A DNA stretch of 64,000 nt from Hemiscyllium ocellatum. Taxonomy: Eukaryota. The notes beneath the pieces are model-generated. The model saw only the letters and a list, made by a program, of their open reading frames with translations, was not told where the DNA came from and made no database searches. A program made the position numbers and the translations under genes. The stretch's first letter is position 1; each line of letters opens with the position of its first letter. The stretch lies in assembly GCF_020745735.1 (NCBI RefSeq), contig NC_083440.1:32598468-32662467 (forward strand), given 5' to 3'. Below, in pieces: positions 1 through 12,789 of the stretch.

Positions 1-19
1 GTTACAGCAGGAAACTGAG

Positions 20-660
20 AATGGCTTTACAAAATGGAAATCTTGCCTGATAAATGTATTGGAATTCTTGGAGAAAATGGAGGAAACGGTGATTGTAATA
101 TGTTTTGATTTTCTGAAGGTGTTTGATAGCACCCATGCATAAGATTGCTGAATAAGAAAGGAGCCTTGGCTTTGGAGGTACTGTATTAACGTGGAGAGAG
201 GATTTTTGAAATCCCAATCAGAAAAGTTTGATTAAGTGTTTTATTTTACAGGATATCAAAGTCTGGAGTACCACATAAATCTGTTCTGCGGGACAAAAAA
301 ATTTACAAAGTATTTTGATGACTTAGATGAGGAAAGTGTATTGTAGGCAAGTTTGCGAATGACACAAAAATTGGAGCGGAGACAAGTGGTGAGTATGACA
401 CAAAAAGAAGTTTGTGGAGCGATACAGATAGGACGAGAGTGAACAAGGAGCTTTGCACATTAATGTAACGTGGATTAAATAAATGAGAACAGACATAAAC
501 AGTGAACTTGTGCATCTTAACAGGCAAGATAGAGATTGAATTCAGAAATCTACAGGAAGTCTGCATCTCCGAACCACAAAAAAGTTAGCTTTTAATTTCA
601 ACTGTCAATAAAGATGGCAAATGTCATGTTGGGGTTTGTTTAAAAACTAATGGAATATTG
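20..660 (+). mobile_element. Degenerate CR1-type LINE, RT-region fragment
   Basis: Decayed RT-like sequence (GKSCLxNVLEFLE, DFLKVFD, GKFANDTKIG) broken by stops and frameshifts. Confidence 0.65.
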
Positions 661-689
661 AGATTAGGAACAGTCAGATAGAGCAGCGA

Positions 690-2430
690 ATATGTAGCTG
701 AGAAGCTGCTGCAGGGGTTAGGATTCCCATTTTTCAATCATTGGGATCTCTTCAAGGATAGAAATGACCTATATAAGAGGGACCTGAATTGGAAGGGGAC
801 CGATATTCTTGTGGGGAAATTTGCTAGCAGTAGGCTGAAGGTTTTAAATTAGAAAGGGGGATGGTGGGAACCAACAAGATAGTGAGAAAAGAGAAATGTT
901 TGAGGTGAGATGCGGTGAGCAATTCTCGGGGTCAAGGCAGACAACAGTTTGGCAAGAGCAAGGTAAGACTGCTAAACTGCATTTACTTCGATGCAAGAGA
1001 TCTGACATGTGAGACAGATGAACATAGGGCATAGATGGGAATGTGGGGTAAGGATAACATTGGCATTACAGAAATGTGGCTCAGGGATGAACAGGACTCG
1101 CAACTTAATATTCCAGGATACATATGTTATAGAATGTATAGACAGAGGAGCAATAGAGGAGATGGAGTATTGTTTTGGTTAGAAAGAACATTACAGCTGG
1201 ATGTAGAGAGGATATTTCTTGGAGACTGCCCAGTGAAGTTATGGATGAAACTTAAAAATAAGAAAGAGGTGATGACCTTGCTGGGATTGTAAAATGGGCC
1301 TCCTAATAGTCAGTGGAAAATTTACAAGCGATTATGCTACCTGTAAGAAACGAGGATAATGGTAGGGAATTTTAACTTTCCAAACAGAGTTTGGGGTAGT
1401 GTTAAGATCTTGGAATGTGGAGAAATTGTTTAAGTGTGTACAAGAAAATTTTGTTATTCAATATGTGGATGCACCTATTGGACAGTTCACGATACTTGAC
1501 CTTCTGTTGGGAATCAAGGCAGGACAAGTGACTGAGGTGTCTGTAGGGACACGCTTCAGGGAAAGTGATTATAATTCTATTGGTTTAATAATAATGATGA
1601 GAAAGGATAGAATTGATTTAAAAATGAAAGTTTCAAATTGGATTGTGGCCAGTTTTGATGGTATTAGACTTTGAGAAGTTGGTTGAGGGAGGTTATTCAC
1701 AGGTAATGGGACGGCTGACAAGTGGGAGGCCTATAAGAATGTGACAATGAGAGTTCAGTGATGGTATGTTTCTGTTTGTATGAAGGGCAAGGCATGGGAA
1801 AAGCTCAATGATGAGGGAAATTGCAACTCCTGTCCAGAAAACGAAGGGGTCATTCATCAGATATAGACAGCTGGGATTGAGTGAATCCTGAGAAGTGTAT
1901 AAGGACAGTTGGAGTATACTTAACCAGGAAATCATGAGGGAAAAAAGGGGGCATGAAATTGCTTTGGCAAATAGAATTAAGGAGAATCCAAAAAGTTTCT
2001 AAAATTATTTTAAGGTTAAAAGAATAATTAAGGAGAGAATACAGCCCTTAAAGATCAACATGGCTTTCCATACATGGAACCACAGGAGATGGCTGAGACA
2101 CTAAGCAAATATTTTGCATCAATATTTACAGTAGGTAGGAGCATAGAAGCTAAGGAACTTGAGAAATAAATAATGTGATCTTAAAATGAGTTCGTCTTAC
2201 AGAAGAGGAGGTGTTGGAGGTCTTAAAGTAGAAAAATGGAAATAAATCCTGGAGACCTGATTAGGTATTTCTCTGAACTTTGTGGGAAGCTTTGTGGCCC
2301 CCTTGCTGAGATATTTGTATTGTTGATAATCATAGATGAGATGCCAGAAGACTGGAGAGTGACGAATGTGGCAGCATGACTGAAGAGAGTTGAATGGAAA
2401 AGCCAGGGAACCATAAACTGGTGAGCCTTT
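690..2430 (+). mobile_element. Degenerate CR1-type LINE, ORF1 end plus ORF2 endonuclease region
   Basis: ORFs 1035-1292 (GITEMWL...LNIPGY...RGDGV) and 1399-1674 (CVQENFVIQYVDAP...ILDLLLG...SDYNSI) match APE endonuclease motifs. Confidence 0.75.
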
Positions 2431-2574
2431 CACACCAGAGATGCTGCCAGAACATTTCCAGCAGTTTCCTGTTTTGTTTCTGATACACAGCATCCACAGT
2501 TCTTTCAGTTTTTACTCAGTAGTCAGAGCGTATTACGTTTTGGATTGGAGGCCTGTTACAACATAACAACATCC

Positions 2575-3758
2575 AAACATTAGAAATACGATCAGGAGTA
2601 GGCCATCTGACCCCATGAGCCTGCTCTGCCTTTCAATAACATCATGGATCATCTTTCAATGGACTAAGGTTCCACTTACCCACCCGTTCACTATAACCCT
2701 CCATTCCTTTACTGTTAAAATATCTATTTTCACCTTTAAAACATTTAACAGGTTGGCCTCAGCTGCTTCACTAGGCAGGCAATTCCACAGCTTCACAACC
2801 CTTTGGGTGAAGATGTTGATCCTCAACTCAGTCCTGAATCTGTTGCCCTTATTTTGATGTTACGCGCCGTCGTTCTAATTTCACCCACCAATGGAAATAG
2901 CCTCCCCGCTTCTGTCTTATCTATCCCATTTATAATTTTACAACCCCCCTCCCACATTCTTCTGAATTCCAATGAGCATAATCCCAGTCTGCTCAATCTC
3001 TCCTCACAAGGCAACCCCCTCATTTCCAGAATCAACGTAATCAACCTCCTCAGCAAACCCCACCCCAGTACCATCTCATGTAAGATGATGAAAAGTGTAC
3101 AGAATACTCCAGGCATGGTCACACCAGCGCCCTATACAGCTGCAGTAGAAAGTCCTAATTTTAAACTCTATCCACAGCCAATGAAAGACGTTATTCCATT
3201 TGTCTTCCTAATTAGCTACTGTCCTTGCAAACCATACTTTTGTGTTTCATCACAAGAACAGCCAAGTCCCCCTGCACAGCAGCATTCTGTTTGTTATCAT
3301 TCCTACCAAATTGGATGACCTCACGTTTACTAACATTGTACTCCATCTGCCAGACTCTTGCCCACTCACTTAACCTATCTATATCCTCCTGCACACTTTG
3401 CTCTATCACTCATTTAAGTGCCTTCTGCGAACTACAACACACTACACTTGGATCTCTCACTCGAAGCAATCTACCTTAATTTTAAACAATTGCAGTCCCA
3501 ACACTCATCCCTGAGGCACACCACCCATCACTGATTGCCAACCAGAAAAACTCCCATTTATCTCCACGTTTTGCATTATGTTAGTTAACCAGTTTTCTGC
3601 CCATGCTAATGCATTGCCCGTAACACTGTGCATCTTTATCTTATGCAGCAGCCTTTTGTGCAGCACCTTGCTGAATGCCTTTTGGAAATCCAGATACACC
3701 ACGTTCACCAGTTCCCCATTGTCTACCACGCTCATTATGACCTCAAAGAATTCCAAGT
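2575..3758 (-). mobile_element. Older CR1 LINE 3' portion (RT to tail); continues at 4961-4998 beyond the nested insertion
   Basis: Minus ORFs 2823-3122, 3212-3409 and 3505-3906 (VYLDFQKAFSKVLH...GVPQG); revcomp of 4961-4998 reads GFMKGRSCLTD, contiguous with LEFFE. Confidence 0.85.
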
Positions 3759-3761
3759 AAT

Positions 3762-4960
3762 TCTTTGAGGAGGTGACCAAGCATGTGGATGAGGGTAGAG
3801 CAGTGGATGTACTGTACATGGATTTTAGTAAGGTATTTGGTAAGGTTCCCCATGGTAGGCTGATGCGGAAAGTCAGGAGGCATGGGATAGAGGGAAATTT
3901 GGCCAATTGGATAGAAAACTGGCTAACCGGTCGAAGTCAGAGAGTGGTGGTAGATGGTAAATATTCAGCCTGGAGCCCAGTTACAAGTGGAGTTCCGCAG
4001 GGATCAGTTCTGGGTCCTCTGCTGTTTGTAATTTTTATTAATGACTTGGAAGAGGGAGTCGAAGGGTGGGTCAGTAAATTTGCAGATGATACGAAGATTG
4101 GTGGAGTTGTGGACAGTGAGGAGGGCTGTTGTCGGCTGCAAAGGGACTTAGATATGATGCAGAGCTGGGCTGAGGAGTGGCAGATGGAGTTCAACCCTGC
4201 CAAGTGTGAGGTTGTCCATTTTGGAAGAACAAATAAGAATGCGGAATACAGGGTTAACGGTAGGGTTCTTAGTCAGGTGGATGAACGGAGGGATCTTGGG
4301 GTCTATGTACATAGATCTTTTAAAGTTGCCACTCAGTTGGATAGAGCTTGTAAGAAGGCCTATGGTGTATTAGTGTTCATTAGCAGAGGGATTGAATTCA
4401 AGAGTCGTGAAGTGATGTTGCAGCTGTACAGGACTTTGGTTCGGCTACATTTAGAGTACTGTGTGCAGTTCTGGTCGCCTCACTTTAGGAAAGATGTGGA
4501 AGCTTTGGAGAGGGTGCAGAGAAGATTTACTAGGATGTTTCCTGGAATGGAGAATAGGTCATACGAGGATAGGTTGAGAGTTCTCGGCCTTTTCTCGTTG
4601 GAACGGCGAAGGATGAGGGGTGACTTGATAGAGATTTATAAGATGATCAGAGGAATAGATAGAGTAGACAGTCAGAAACTTTTTCCCCGCGTACAACAGA
4701 GTGTTACAAGGGGACATAAATTTAAGGTGAAGGGTGGAAAGTATAGGGGAGATGTCAGGGGTGGGTTCTTTACCCAGAGAGTGGTGGAGGCATGGAATGC
4801 GCTGCCTGTGGGAGTGGTAGAGTCAGAATCATTGGCGACCTTTAAGCGGCAATTGGATAGGTACATGGATGGGTGCTTAATCTAGGATAGATGTTCGGCA
4901 CAACATCGTGGGCCGAAGGGCCTGTTCTGTGCTGTATTGTTCTATGTTCTATGTTCTAAT
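3762..4960 (+). mobile_element. Young 5'-truncated CR1 LINE with open RT C-terminal ORF and (TTCTATG)n tail
   Basis: 370-aa ORF 3773-4885 with GVPQGSVLGP and SKFADDTK; microsatellite tail ~4938-4958; TAAT at 3758-3761 and 4957-4960 as candidate TSD. Confidence 0.95.
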
Positions 4961-5003
4961 CAGTTAAACATGACCTGCCTTTCATGAACCCAAGCTTTAT
5001 TAA

Positions 5004-5735
5004 ATAAATGTGAGGCGCTGCATTTTTGTAAGGCAAACCAGGGCAAGACTTATACAATTAATGGCTGGGCCTTGGGGAGTGTTGCTGAGCAAAGAAACTA
5101 AAGGGTGAAGATGCATCATTCCTTGAACGTGGAGTTGCAGGTAGACAGGGTGGGGGAAGAAGGTGTTTGGTATGCTTTCCTTCATTGGTCATAACATTAA
5201 GTGTAGGAGTCGAGATGTCATGTCTCAGCTATACAGAACATTTGTGAGGTCACGTTTAAAATTATGACAGACAAATCTGGCTGACCATTTCGATGAAGGA
5301 TTTTGTGAAACTTGAGGGGATGTAGAAACGATTTCCAAGAATGATGCTGGAACTGGAGTGTTTAAGGTATAAGGTGAAGCTGAATAGACTGGGGCTTTTC
5401 TTTTCCCTACAGTGAGAAGAAAGGAGGCTGAGGAGTGGCCTGAACAAGACCTATAAAATCATGCAGGGCAGCAGATTAAGGTGAGAGGAGAAACGTTTGA
5501 AAAGAACCTGAGGGGCAACCTTTTCACGTGTATGTATGGAAACAGCTGCCAGTGGTAGTTGTGGAAGTGGGTTCAATTACTGCATTTAAAAGGCACCTGG
5601 ATGGGTGTATGAACAGGGAACATTTAGAGAAAGATAGGCCAAATGTTTGGCAAATGGTACTCAGTCAGGTTGGGATATCTGGTCAGTGCAGTTGGACCGA
5701 AGGGTCTCTTTCTGTGCCTGTGTTTGTATGACTAT
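5004..5735 (+). mobile_element. CR1 LINE 3' fragment
   Basis: Similar to the 3' end of the 3762-4960 element (AFKRHLDGCM). Confidence 0.75.
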
Positions 5736-5759
5736 AATGTTTGTTAAAACTGAAAAGAA

Positions 5760-6330
5760 GCTCTATTTTTACCACAGCTGGTATACTGTGGACTGTTCTT
5801 GGGACTCATATCACAAAGAAAAGGTACACTGGACTGTGAGACAATCCACACGAGGTTTGTTGGACTGTTCCTGAGGATGGAGGGACTGTCTTGAGAGTAG
5901 AGATTGAGTCGTTTGGGCCTATACTCATTAGAACATAGAAGATTCAGTGGTGACATTCTGAAACATCTATTATTTTCAGGAAACTTGATGGTGTCAATGC
6001 AGAAATGTTGTTTCCCCTTGTGGGAGAGGTTCGGACCAGTGAGTAAAATCTCTGAATTAGAGGTCACAAATGTCAGGCGGAACAGAATTTTGTCTCCCAG
6101 AATGTAGTGTATGTGTGGAATTTGTTTCCATAGAACACTGTCGAGGCCGGGTCATTCAGTATTTTGAAGGCTGAAATGGGCAGGTTTTGATTTGGGAATT
6201 GAATCAACGCTTACAGTTAAACGCTGAAAAGTGGAGGTGAGGATTATCAGCTCAGCTATGATGTCATTGTTTGGAAGCCCAAACTCCATTGGCTGAACAG
6301 ACTGCTTCTGGTTCCCTCTCATTGACTTTT
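5760..6330 (+). mobile_element. CR1 LINE 3' fragment
   Basis: RLGLYSLEHRRFSGD motif (ORF 5904-6107). Confidence 0.7.
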
Positions 6331-8676
6331 GCTCTAAGTTAGTCTTTGCAGAATTATATAGGTCTCATCGAAATTAACCTCCATTTCATGTTTGAAGCCC
6401 AGCTGCTTCAATCCCTCCTCATCATGAAAAAAGACAGGGATCATCTTTCTCACTGTTTGATGGCATTGCATTCTGCCTCTAATGCAGTAACTACATTTAT
6501 AGTCCTCCAGTTCTGTTGAATATTTGTCAAACACAACCACGGCTGTCACAGAAAAGGTTAAGGACAGATCAAAACTACATTTAAACTACCATATCAAGCA
6601 CACTGTTGGCAAGTGTTGCATGGAATACACACTCATTGCATATTAAAGCTCTCTCAGTACTCATCCATTAAACACTGCAAGGGTTGTTCAGAGATGATTT
6701 GCTTATGTGTGTGTGTATGTCTGTGACTGTAAATGATAGTCTACTTGTATAACAAAGTTTCGATGCATAGTGTTGTTCCCTTTTTATTCTGGTATCAAGC
6801 ATTTCAAAATCAGAAAGACAGTGGGTAGGAGTTCAAGCTCCTTTACACGGCTACATCAAATGTTTTCCGTGATTGTACAGCTCATGTAATGAGCTGGGTA
6901 AATCTCCCTCTATATTGTGTTGTCCAATGCAATCATGTCAAATATATTTTGGTTTAGACCCAGAGTAGAGCTGCATCCAGGATTCCCTAAAAAAAATCCT
7001 CCCAGAGTCGATACAGAATAAATTGACCCCTACAATATTAAACCTTCCGTGAGATGTGCAGTGTAAGGTTAATTATAGACTAAATATGCATTACACTGAA
7101 CCATTAAACATTCCTCAGTCAAGAATAATAGTGCAGAGATACAATGAAAACACTAACACAGTAAAGTCTTGCAGCCACATTCCTATCAAGCATTTCCAGA
7201 TCACTCAATACTCAGACAGATTTTTGAGAAAATCTTGCTATCCTGACTCAAATGTCTCGAAACAAATGGATGAATTTGGCTGAGAGGCAATGTTGGTGAG
7301 GTGTTGGCTTCATGTTATTGAGGAAAACATTGTCCGATTGTGGAGAGGCAAAACAAGGCATCAGAGATAAAGAAAAAAGGGGGAAGGCAGGAGGGGAAGA
7401 GAGAAAAAGAGAGACAGAAATATTAGATGTGCCAATGTACCTCTTAATTATCGTTTTTTGACTAAACGTGACAATTGATACCTCTGTCATTCAACAATCA
7501 TACAGCTTATGGATTAAAAAGTCTGAACATCAATTAGTATTGGAATGCATTGAGTTATTTGCATTTTTCCACAACTCGTGTGATGTGCTTGTGGGGAAAT
7601 ATAAATTAGCGTTTTGTGCTTCTGTAATCTATTCTGAGAATTCTATTTCTGTGTTTATTTACATAAATGCTTAATTGGCTTCAAGGAAGTGATGATGGCA
7701 GCAAAGCCAGGTGAATGAAGTGATTTGGTGGTAAGTTTCAAATCGAAACAAGTTTATTTTAAGAATGTTGACCATTTGCAGAAGTGAATAAAAATTTATG
7801 AAGCCGAATTGCAACAGATTTTATTTATTTCTGAAAGATAAATAATTTAAAAATTTTATTTAGGTTAACAATTCAGTGCTGAAAATTCTGCAAATTTAGA
7901 ATATTCACATGAAATACAGGAACTGCCGCAACCATTACATTTAATTGATATAGTTGTTACGAGGTTTCGTTACACGTATTACTTAATGGTAAGGGTCAGC
8001 AATGAGTCCCTATCCCCAACTGCCCATTGAATAGCTTGCTAAAGCCACTTCAGAACACAGTCAATTACTTCCCAGTGGGTCTGGAATCTCATGTCGGCCA
8101 GACCATGTAAAGGTGACAGATGCCTTGTCATTCGTGAACCAGCTGTTTTTGTATTTTTACATTGACTCGGGTTACATGGTCATCATTTATCTTCCTTTCT
8201 GATTCCAGGATTTCTTTTAATTCACATTTCACCCTGGGCAAACAATGATATTCCAAACCCTGGCCATCCAACATCAAACTGGAGTTCGAGAATACTGGTC
8301 TCATGAGATCATCACTGTGATCCGAATGTTGGCAATGTACAGAAAGCACAGAAATGCAATAAATCTGACACTTTACATCACGAACAAATATTGGAGTGGA
8401 ATACTGGCAAGAACTCTCTTGCTGTTCACAGCAACATCACAGGAGACTTTGCATCCAATCACCAATCTAAAATCTGTATCGGACTCTGTCTGATGAGCCT
8501 GACTCATCGTAATTTGCATTTGTTGAATTCTTCACTGAATTATGAAAGCGTTAGTCACATATCCCAAGAAGGTGGTCATCAGCTCCCTTTTTGAAAGCCT
8601 GCCATCTTGCTCGGCTAATTATGGTTGATCTTTCTTAAGAAGCTTTATTACAACCAAATGGCTTCTCAGTCGACAC

Positions 8677-8880
8677 TGTAGTGCTGGAAAAGTACAGAAG
8701 GTCAGGCAGCATCCAAGGAGCAGGACAATCGACGTTTTAGGCAGAAGGCCTTCATTAAGATACCTGATGTAGTTGTTATGGCTGGAACATTGATTCTCCT
8801 GCTCCTTGGATGCTGCCTGACCTGCTGTGCTTTTCCAGCACTACACTGTCAACTCAGATCTCCAGCACCTCACTTTCTCC
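8677..8880. mobile_element. Hammerhead-type short element (family A), head-to-head pair with degenerate cores
   Basis: Arms TGTAGTGCTGGAAAAG (8677) and CTTTTCCAGCACTACA (ends 8845) are reverse complements; same unit recurs many times in the window. Confidence 0.8.
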
Positions 8881-9530
8881 TGATGGGTTTCTTAGTCAGG
8901 TTCGGCACAGGAAAGGAACCATCGCCTTTTTGTCGAACAGGTAGGGCAGGCCAGGTAGGAAGGTCACACATCCTCCTCTGAAGGCCAATACTGAACCATG
9001 TAACATGCTTCAAAACTTTGGTAGGTCTGTGATTATCATTCGTTACTTCAGCAGTTTCATTTCATAATCTTTCATTAATTGAAGCTACTATGGTAGAGAT
9101 TGATTCTGGAACTTTACTCCAAACCTTTTGATTGCTTATTACATACTCATAATGCCTCCTTAACCACTTTCTCAAACTGTCGTATTAGCTTCAATGATTG
9201 TTTTATTGACTCATGGAACACGGTGGTTGCTTTTAGTTGTCGGTAGGTGTCCTTCAGAAGATGGCAGAAAGCTGCCTTTCTGAAATAACATCTTCCAAAA
9301 TGACCTGAGGAAGGGAATTCCAGATTTTGATTCAGTTACAGTGAAAGATCGATGATATATATTTCCATGTCAGGATGCCGAGTAGTTTAGAGAGGAGCTT
9401 ACAGTGGGGCTGTTCCCATGTATCTGCTGTTCTTATCCATCGAGATGCAAGTGGTAGTGGGAAGGTACTGTGTAAGGAAGTGGCTAAGCTACTGCAGTGC
9501 AGTATTTTAGACAGTGCATTTGGCAGGTAT

Positions 9531-9619
9531 GCATGAAGAAGGGCTTATGCCTGAAACATCGATTCTCCTGCTCCTTGGATGCTGCCTGACCTCCTGCGCT
9601 TTTCTAGCAACACATTTTT
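9531..9619 (+). mobile_element. Family-A hammerhead-type element, single monomer, degenerate core
   Basis: ATGAAGAAGGGCTTATGCCTGAAACATCGATTCTCCTGCTCC matches the family consensus. Confidence 0.8.
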
Positions 9620-10452
9620 CAGCATATGGCAGGTACAAAGCATCAGATTTGGAGACAATGGACGCTTGTGGATGTGCTGCTGATCAAGTGGGAAGCTTTG
9701 TCCTGGACAATGACTAGCTTCTTGAGTGCAGTTGAAGGTGCTCCTGTCCAGTCAAAGGGCGAGCTGTGCTATTACCCTCCTGACTTCTGTCTCTTAGACA
9801 ATTAATTGGCTTTGCAGGTCAGGAGGGTGAGTTACTCGCTGCAGTATTCCTAGCCTCTGCCCTGCTCTTACAACCATTGTATTTATATGGAGTGTCCAGC
9901 TCAATTTCTAATGAACAATAAAACCCAGGATATCGAAGTTGAGGGATTCCGTGATGGTAACACTATTGAATGTCAAGGGGTTTTGGTTAGATTGTCTCTT
10001 ATTGTCAATGGTCATTGTCTCGCAGGTTTGTGGTGTGAATGCTATTTGCCACTTGTCAGCTCAAGTCTGGAAATTGTCCAGATTTTGTTGCGTTTGAATG
10101 TGGACTGAGCAGTCACAAAAAAAGTGCTAGATCAATGCAGATTTCACTTCTGACCTTCTGAGGGAGGGAAAGTCATTGCTGAAGCAGCTGAACATGATTG
10201 GGCCAAGGACACTTTCTTTAGGAACTCCAACAGAGATTTGCTTTGGCTGAGACGACTGCCCTCTAACAAGCAGAGCCACCTTCCAACGTGTGAGGTCTGA
10301 CTGCAGGCAGCAGGGAGGTTGTCACCTGATACCCACTGAATCCAGTTTTGCTCAGACTCCATAATATCAGACTCTGTCGAATGTGACCTTAATGTGAAGG
10401 ACTGTCACTCTACCCTCATTTCTGGAATTCAGTTCTTTGTCCATGTTTAAAT

Positions 10453-10658
10453 CAACTAGGAGACAGTGAGGACCGCAGATGCTGGAGATCAGAGCTTAAA
10501 AATGTGTTGCTGGAAAAGCGCAGCAGGTCAGGCAGCATCAAAGGAGCAGGAGAATCAATGTTTCGGGCATAAGCCCTTCTTCAGGAATCAGGCTTCAGAA
10601 GGGCTTATGCCCAAAACGTCGATTCTCCTGCTGCTCTTTCCAGCAACACATTTTTAAA
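10453..10658. mobile_element. Family-A element, inverted pair, with 12-bp TSD
   Basis: CCATGTTTAAAT at 10441-10452 and 10659-10670. Confidence 0.85.
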
Positions 10659-11149
10659 CCATGTTTAAATAAAGTCTGTAATTCAGTCATGAGCTGAGTA
10701 GGCCTTGCGTAACTCACATTTTATGTAACTGAGCAGGTTATTACTGAGCTAGTGCTGCTTGATAGCACTGTTGAAAGCACCTTCCTTCGCCTAACTCATG
10801 ATTGAGCGTGGAGTGATGGAGCAGTAAGTCGCTAGGGTGGTTGGACCTATTTTCTGTGCACAGGACATGCCTGGCCTATTTTCCACATTGTCCATGCCAG
10901 TGTGGTAGCTGTACTGGGAGTGCTTGGCTAGCACAAGTCATCAGTATTATTGCCAGAATTTTGTCAGGCTCCATAGCATTTGCAGTAACCATTGCCCCCT
11001 CCCCCCACCTCAATATCTCCAGACTGTAACTCCAACCCGCATTCACTGATGTGGATATGCACAACAGAAGATCACTTATCCTTTATATTTGTAGATTCCA
11101 ACAATGCATAGTATATTTGCTTAATTTGTTAGTTTTGAAAATGCTTTAC

Positions 11150-11650
11150 TTCACTGATTTTAGTATAGAATGTTCTGTTTTCAATTCTTCTCTCCAACAG
11201 GCAAGGTCATCGATGTCACACTGGCTTTCCTCCTCATTAATTGCAAAACCAAACGTTTTTCACCTCATCTTTGAACTTATTGATCAAAATTGCTACATCC
11301 TTGACTAGATCGTTCATAACGCTGCAAACAGCAAAGGATCCAGCACCAAATCGTATAGTAAGCCACTGGACACAAGATGTCTTCACAATGTCTACCTTCG
11401 ACCATTACCTTCTGCCAACAAATAAACCTTCGATGCATTTGCCAAACTGCACCAGAACCCTTAGCATATTGAAGATGCAACATCTGGTCATAAACCTGAT
11501 TGAAGTCAAGAAGCATTACATCCACTTTTTACATCCGATGGCACCTCTCATTGCCTCTCCGGAAAACAGAATCAACCACTTCCGATATGATATCACTTCC
11601 ACCAAAGCCCTGCTGAATTTTATTGCTTAAACCTTACATTTCCAACTTTT
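11150..11650 (-). mobile_element. LINE RT fragment
   Basis: Minus ORF 11277-11525 (DVMLLDFNQVYD...WQKVMVEG). Confidence 0.6.
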
Positions 11651-12789
11651 AATGAATGCTGTCTCTTAGATTTATTTATTACCTTCCCTCAAGCTTTCGA
11701 CTTTTAAACATAGGTTTATGAGCGAAACTACATATTGCCATTTCGCTCCTTTCACCCGGTGATAACTCTTTCTTATCTCTCTGACAGATAATTTACTCTA
11801 GCTGAAATAATCTCTTCTGTTTCATTCTGGAAAATGGGAATGGAATTGAATACAATGTTGAGACCAACAGCAAACTGTCTGTTCTTGACACTGTCAGTGT
11901 GTTCACCCTCAGAGGTAGGAAGACTGTTTGTGCTGATAATATGGAAAGTAGCGCTTGATGTATCATTCTCAGCTGGCGCGCAACTTCCTGTTTCTATGTG
12001 CCAGCAGCAAGCCACATATCTCACTTCTGATCAGAAAATAAACCCAGGGGATACAATCTGGCAGAAACACCTGCCAAAGTGGCCTATATCAGGACACAGA
12101 GTGTGAAGTGATCACATTGAAGTGACATGTGCAAATCGACCTTTCGATCTCTATTTCACGGTCTGATTCCAGGATGTCGTTGGACGAGTCTCTCGACTAT
12201 CTAACAAGCTCATTCGATTCACTAATGTCTGGAACACATTGACATGCACCTTTTCATGTCTTTGCTCTTGTACTACTTGTTACCCTTTCTTCAGATTTAA
12301 AGTTCCCAGCTTTTGATTCTGTCTTCTGTATCCATCCCTTCCCAGCTGAATACATTCTGTTTGATCTATTTCCTAAATTTTGATCAACTAAACAAATAAT
12401 ACAGTTCAGTACAGACGGGTATGTTGGTGTGTCCGATTAACAGAATCAATATATGGAGAGATCACCTTGGCTGTATCTAACTCTGATCGACATTGAATTC
12501 AAATAAAGCACAGCAGTGTATGGTTTCAAACTTTGCAAATCCTCTCTTTGAAAGAGCTTGTTCTAACGGTTAATTCTTTTCTTGATTATTTCAGAAACTA
12601 TAACTAAAAATCCGTATTTTTAACCAAGTTTCAAATATAATTAAAAGTTGCAGCACTGGCATTTCCTACAGTGAGCTTTGTGGTGTTTAAATGTTCTGGT
12701 CAAAACTTGCTTCAAGCAGAAGACTGAAACATTGGCTTCTCTGAGTTCCCAGCCATTGCCCTTGCAGTTCCATAATAACTGCAAGCTAT

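Larger units (their letters stand above)
9200..11050 (-). mobile_element. Highly degenerate LINE (CR1/L2-like), interrupted by family-A elements
   Basis: Patchy LINE-like peptide remnants on the minus strand; no long ORF. Confidence 0.4.

Noticed and set aside
8677-8845. CRISPR array or DNA-transposon MITE interpretation of the palindromic units
   Set aside because: Eukaryotic context, no repeat-spacer periodicity; variable junctions, long TSDs and hammerhead cores point to a retro-mechanism
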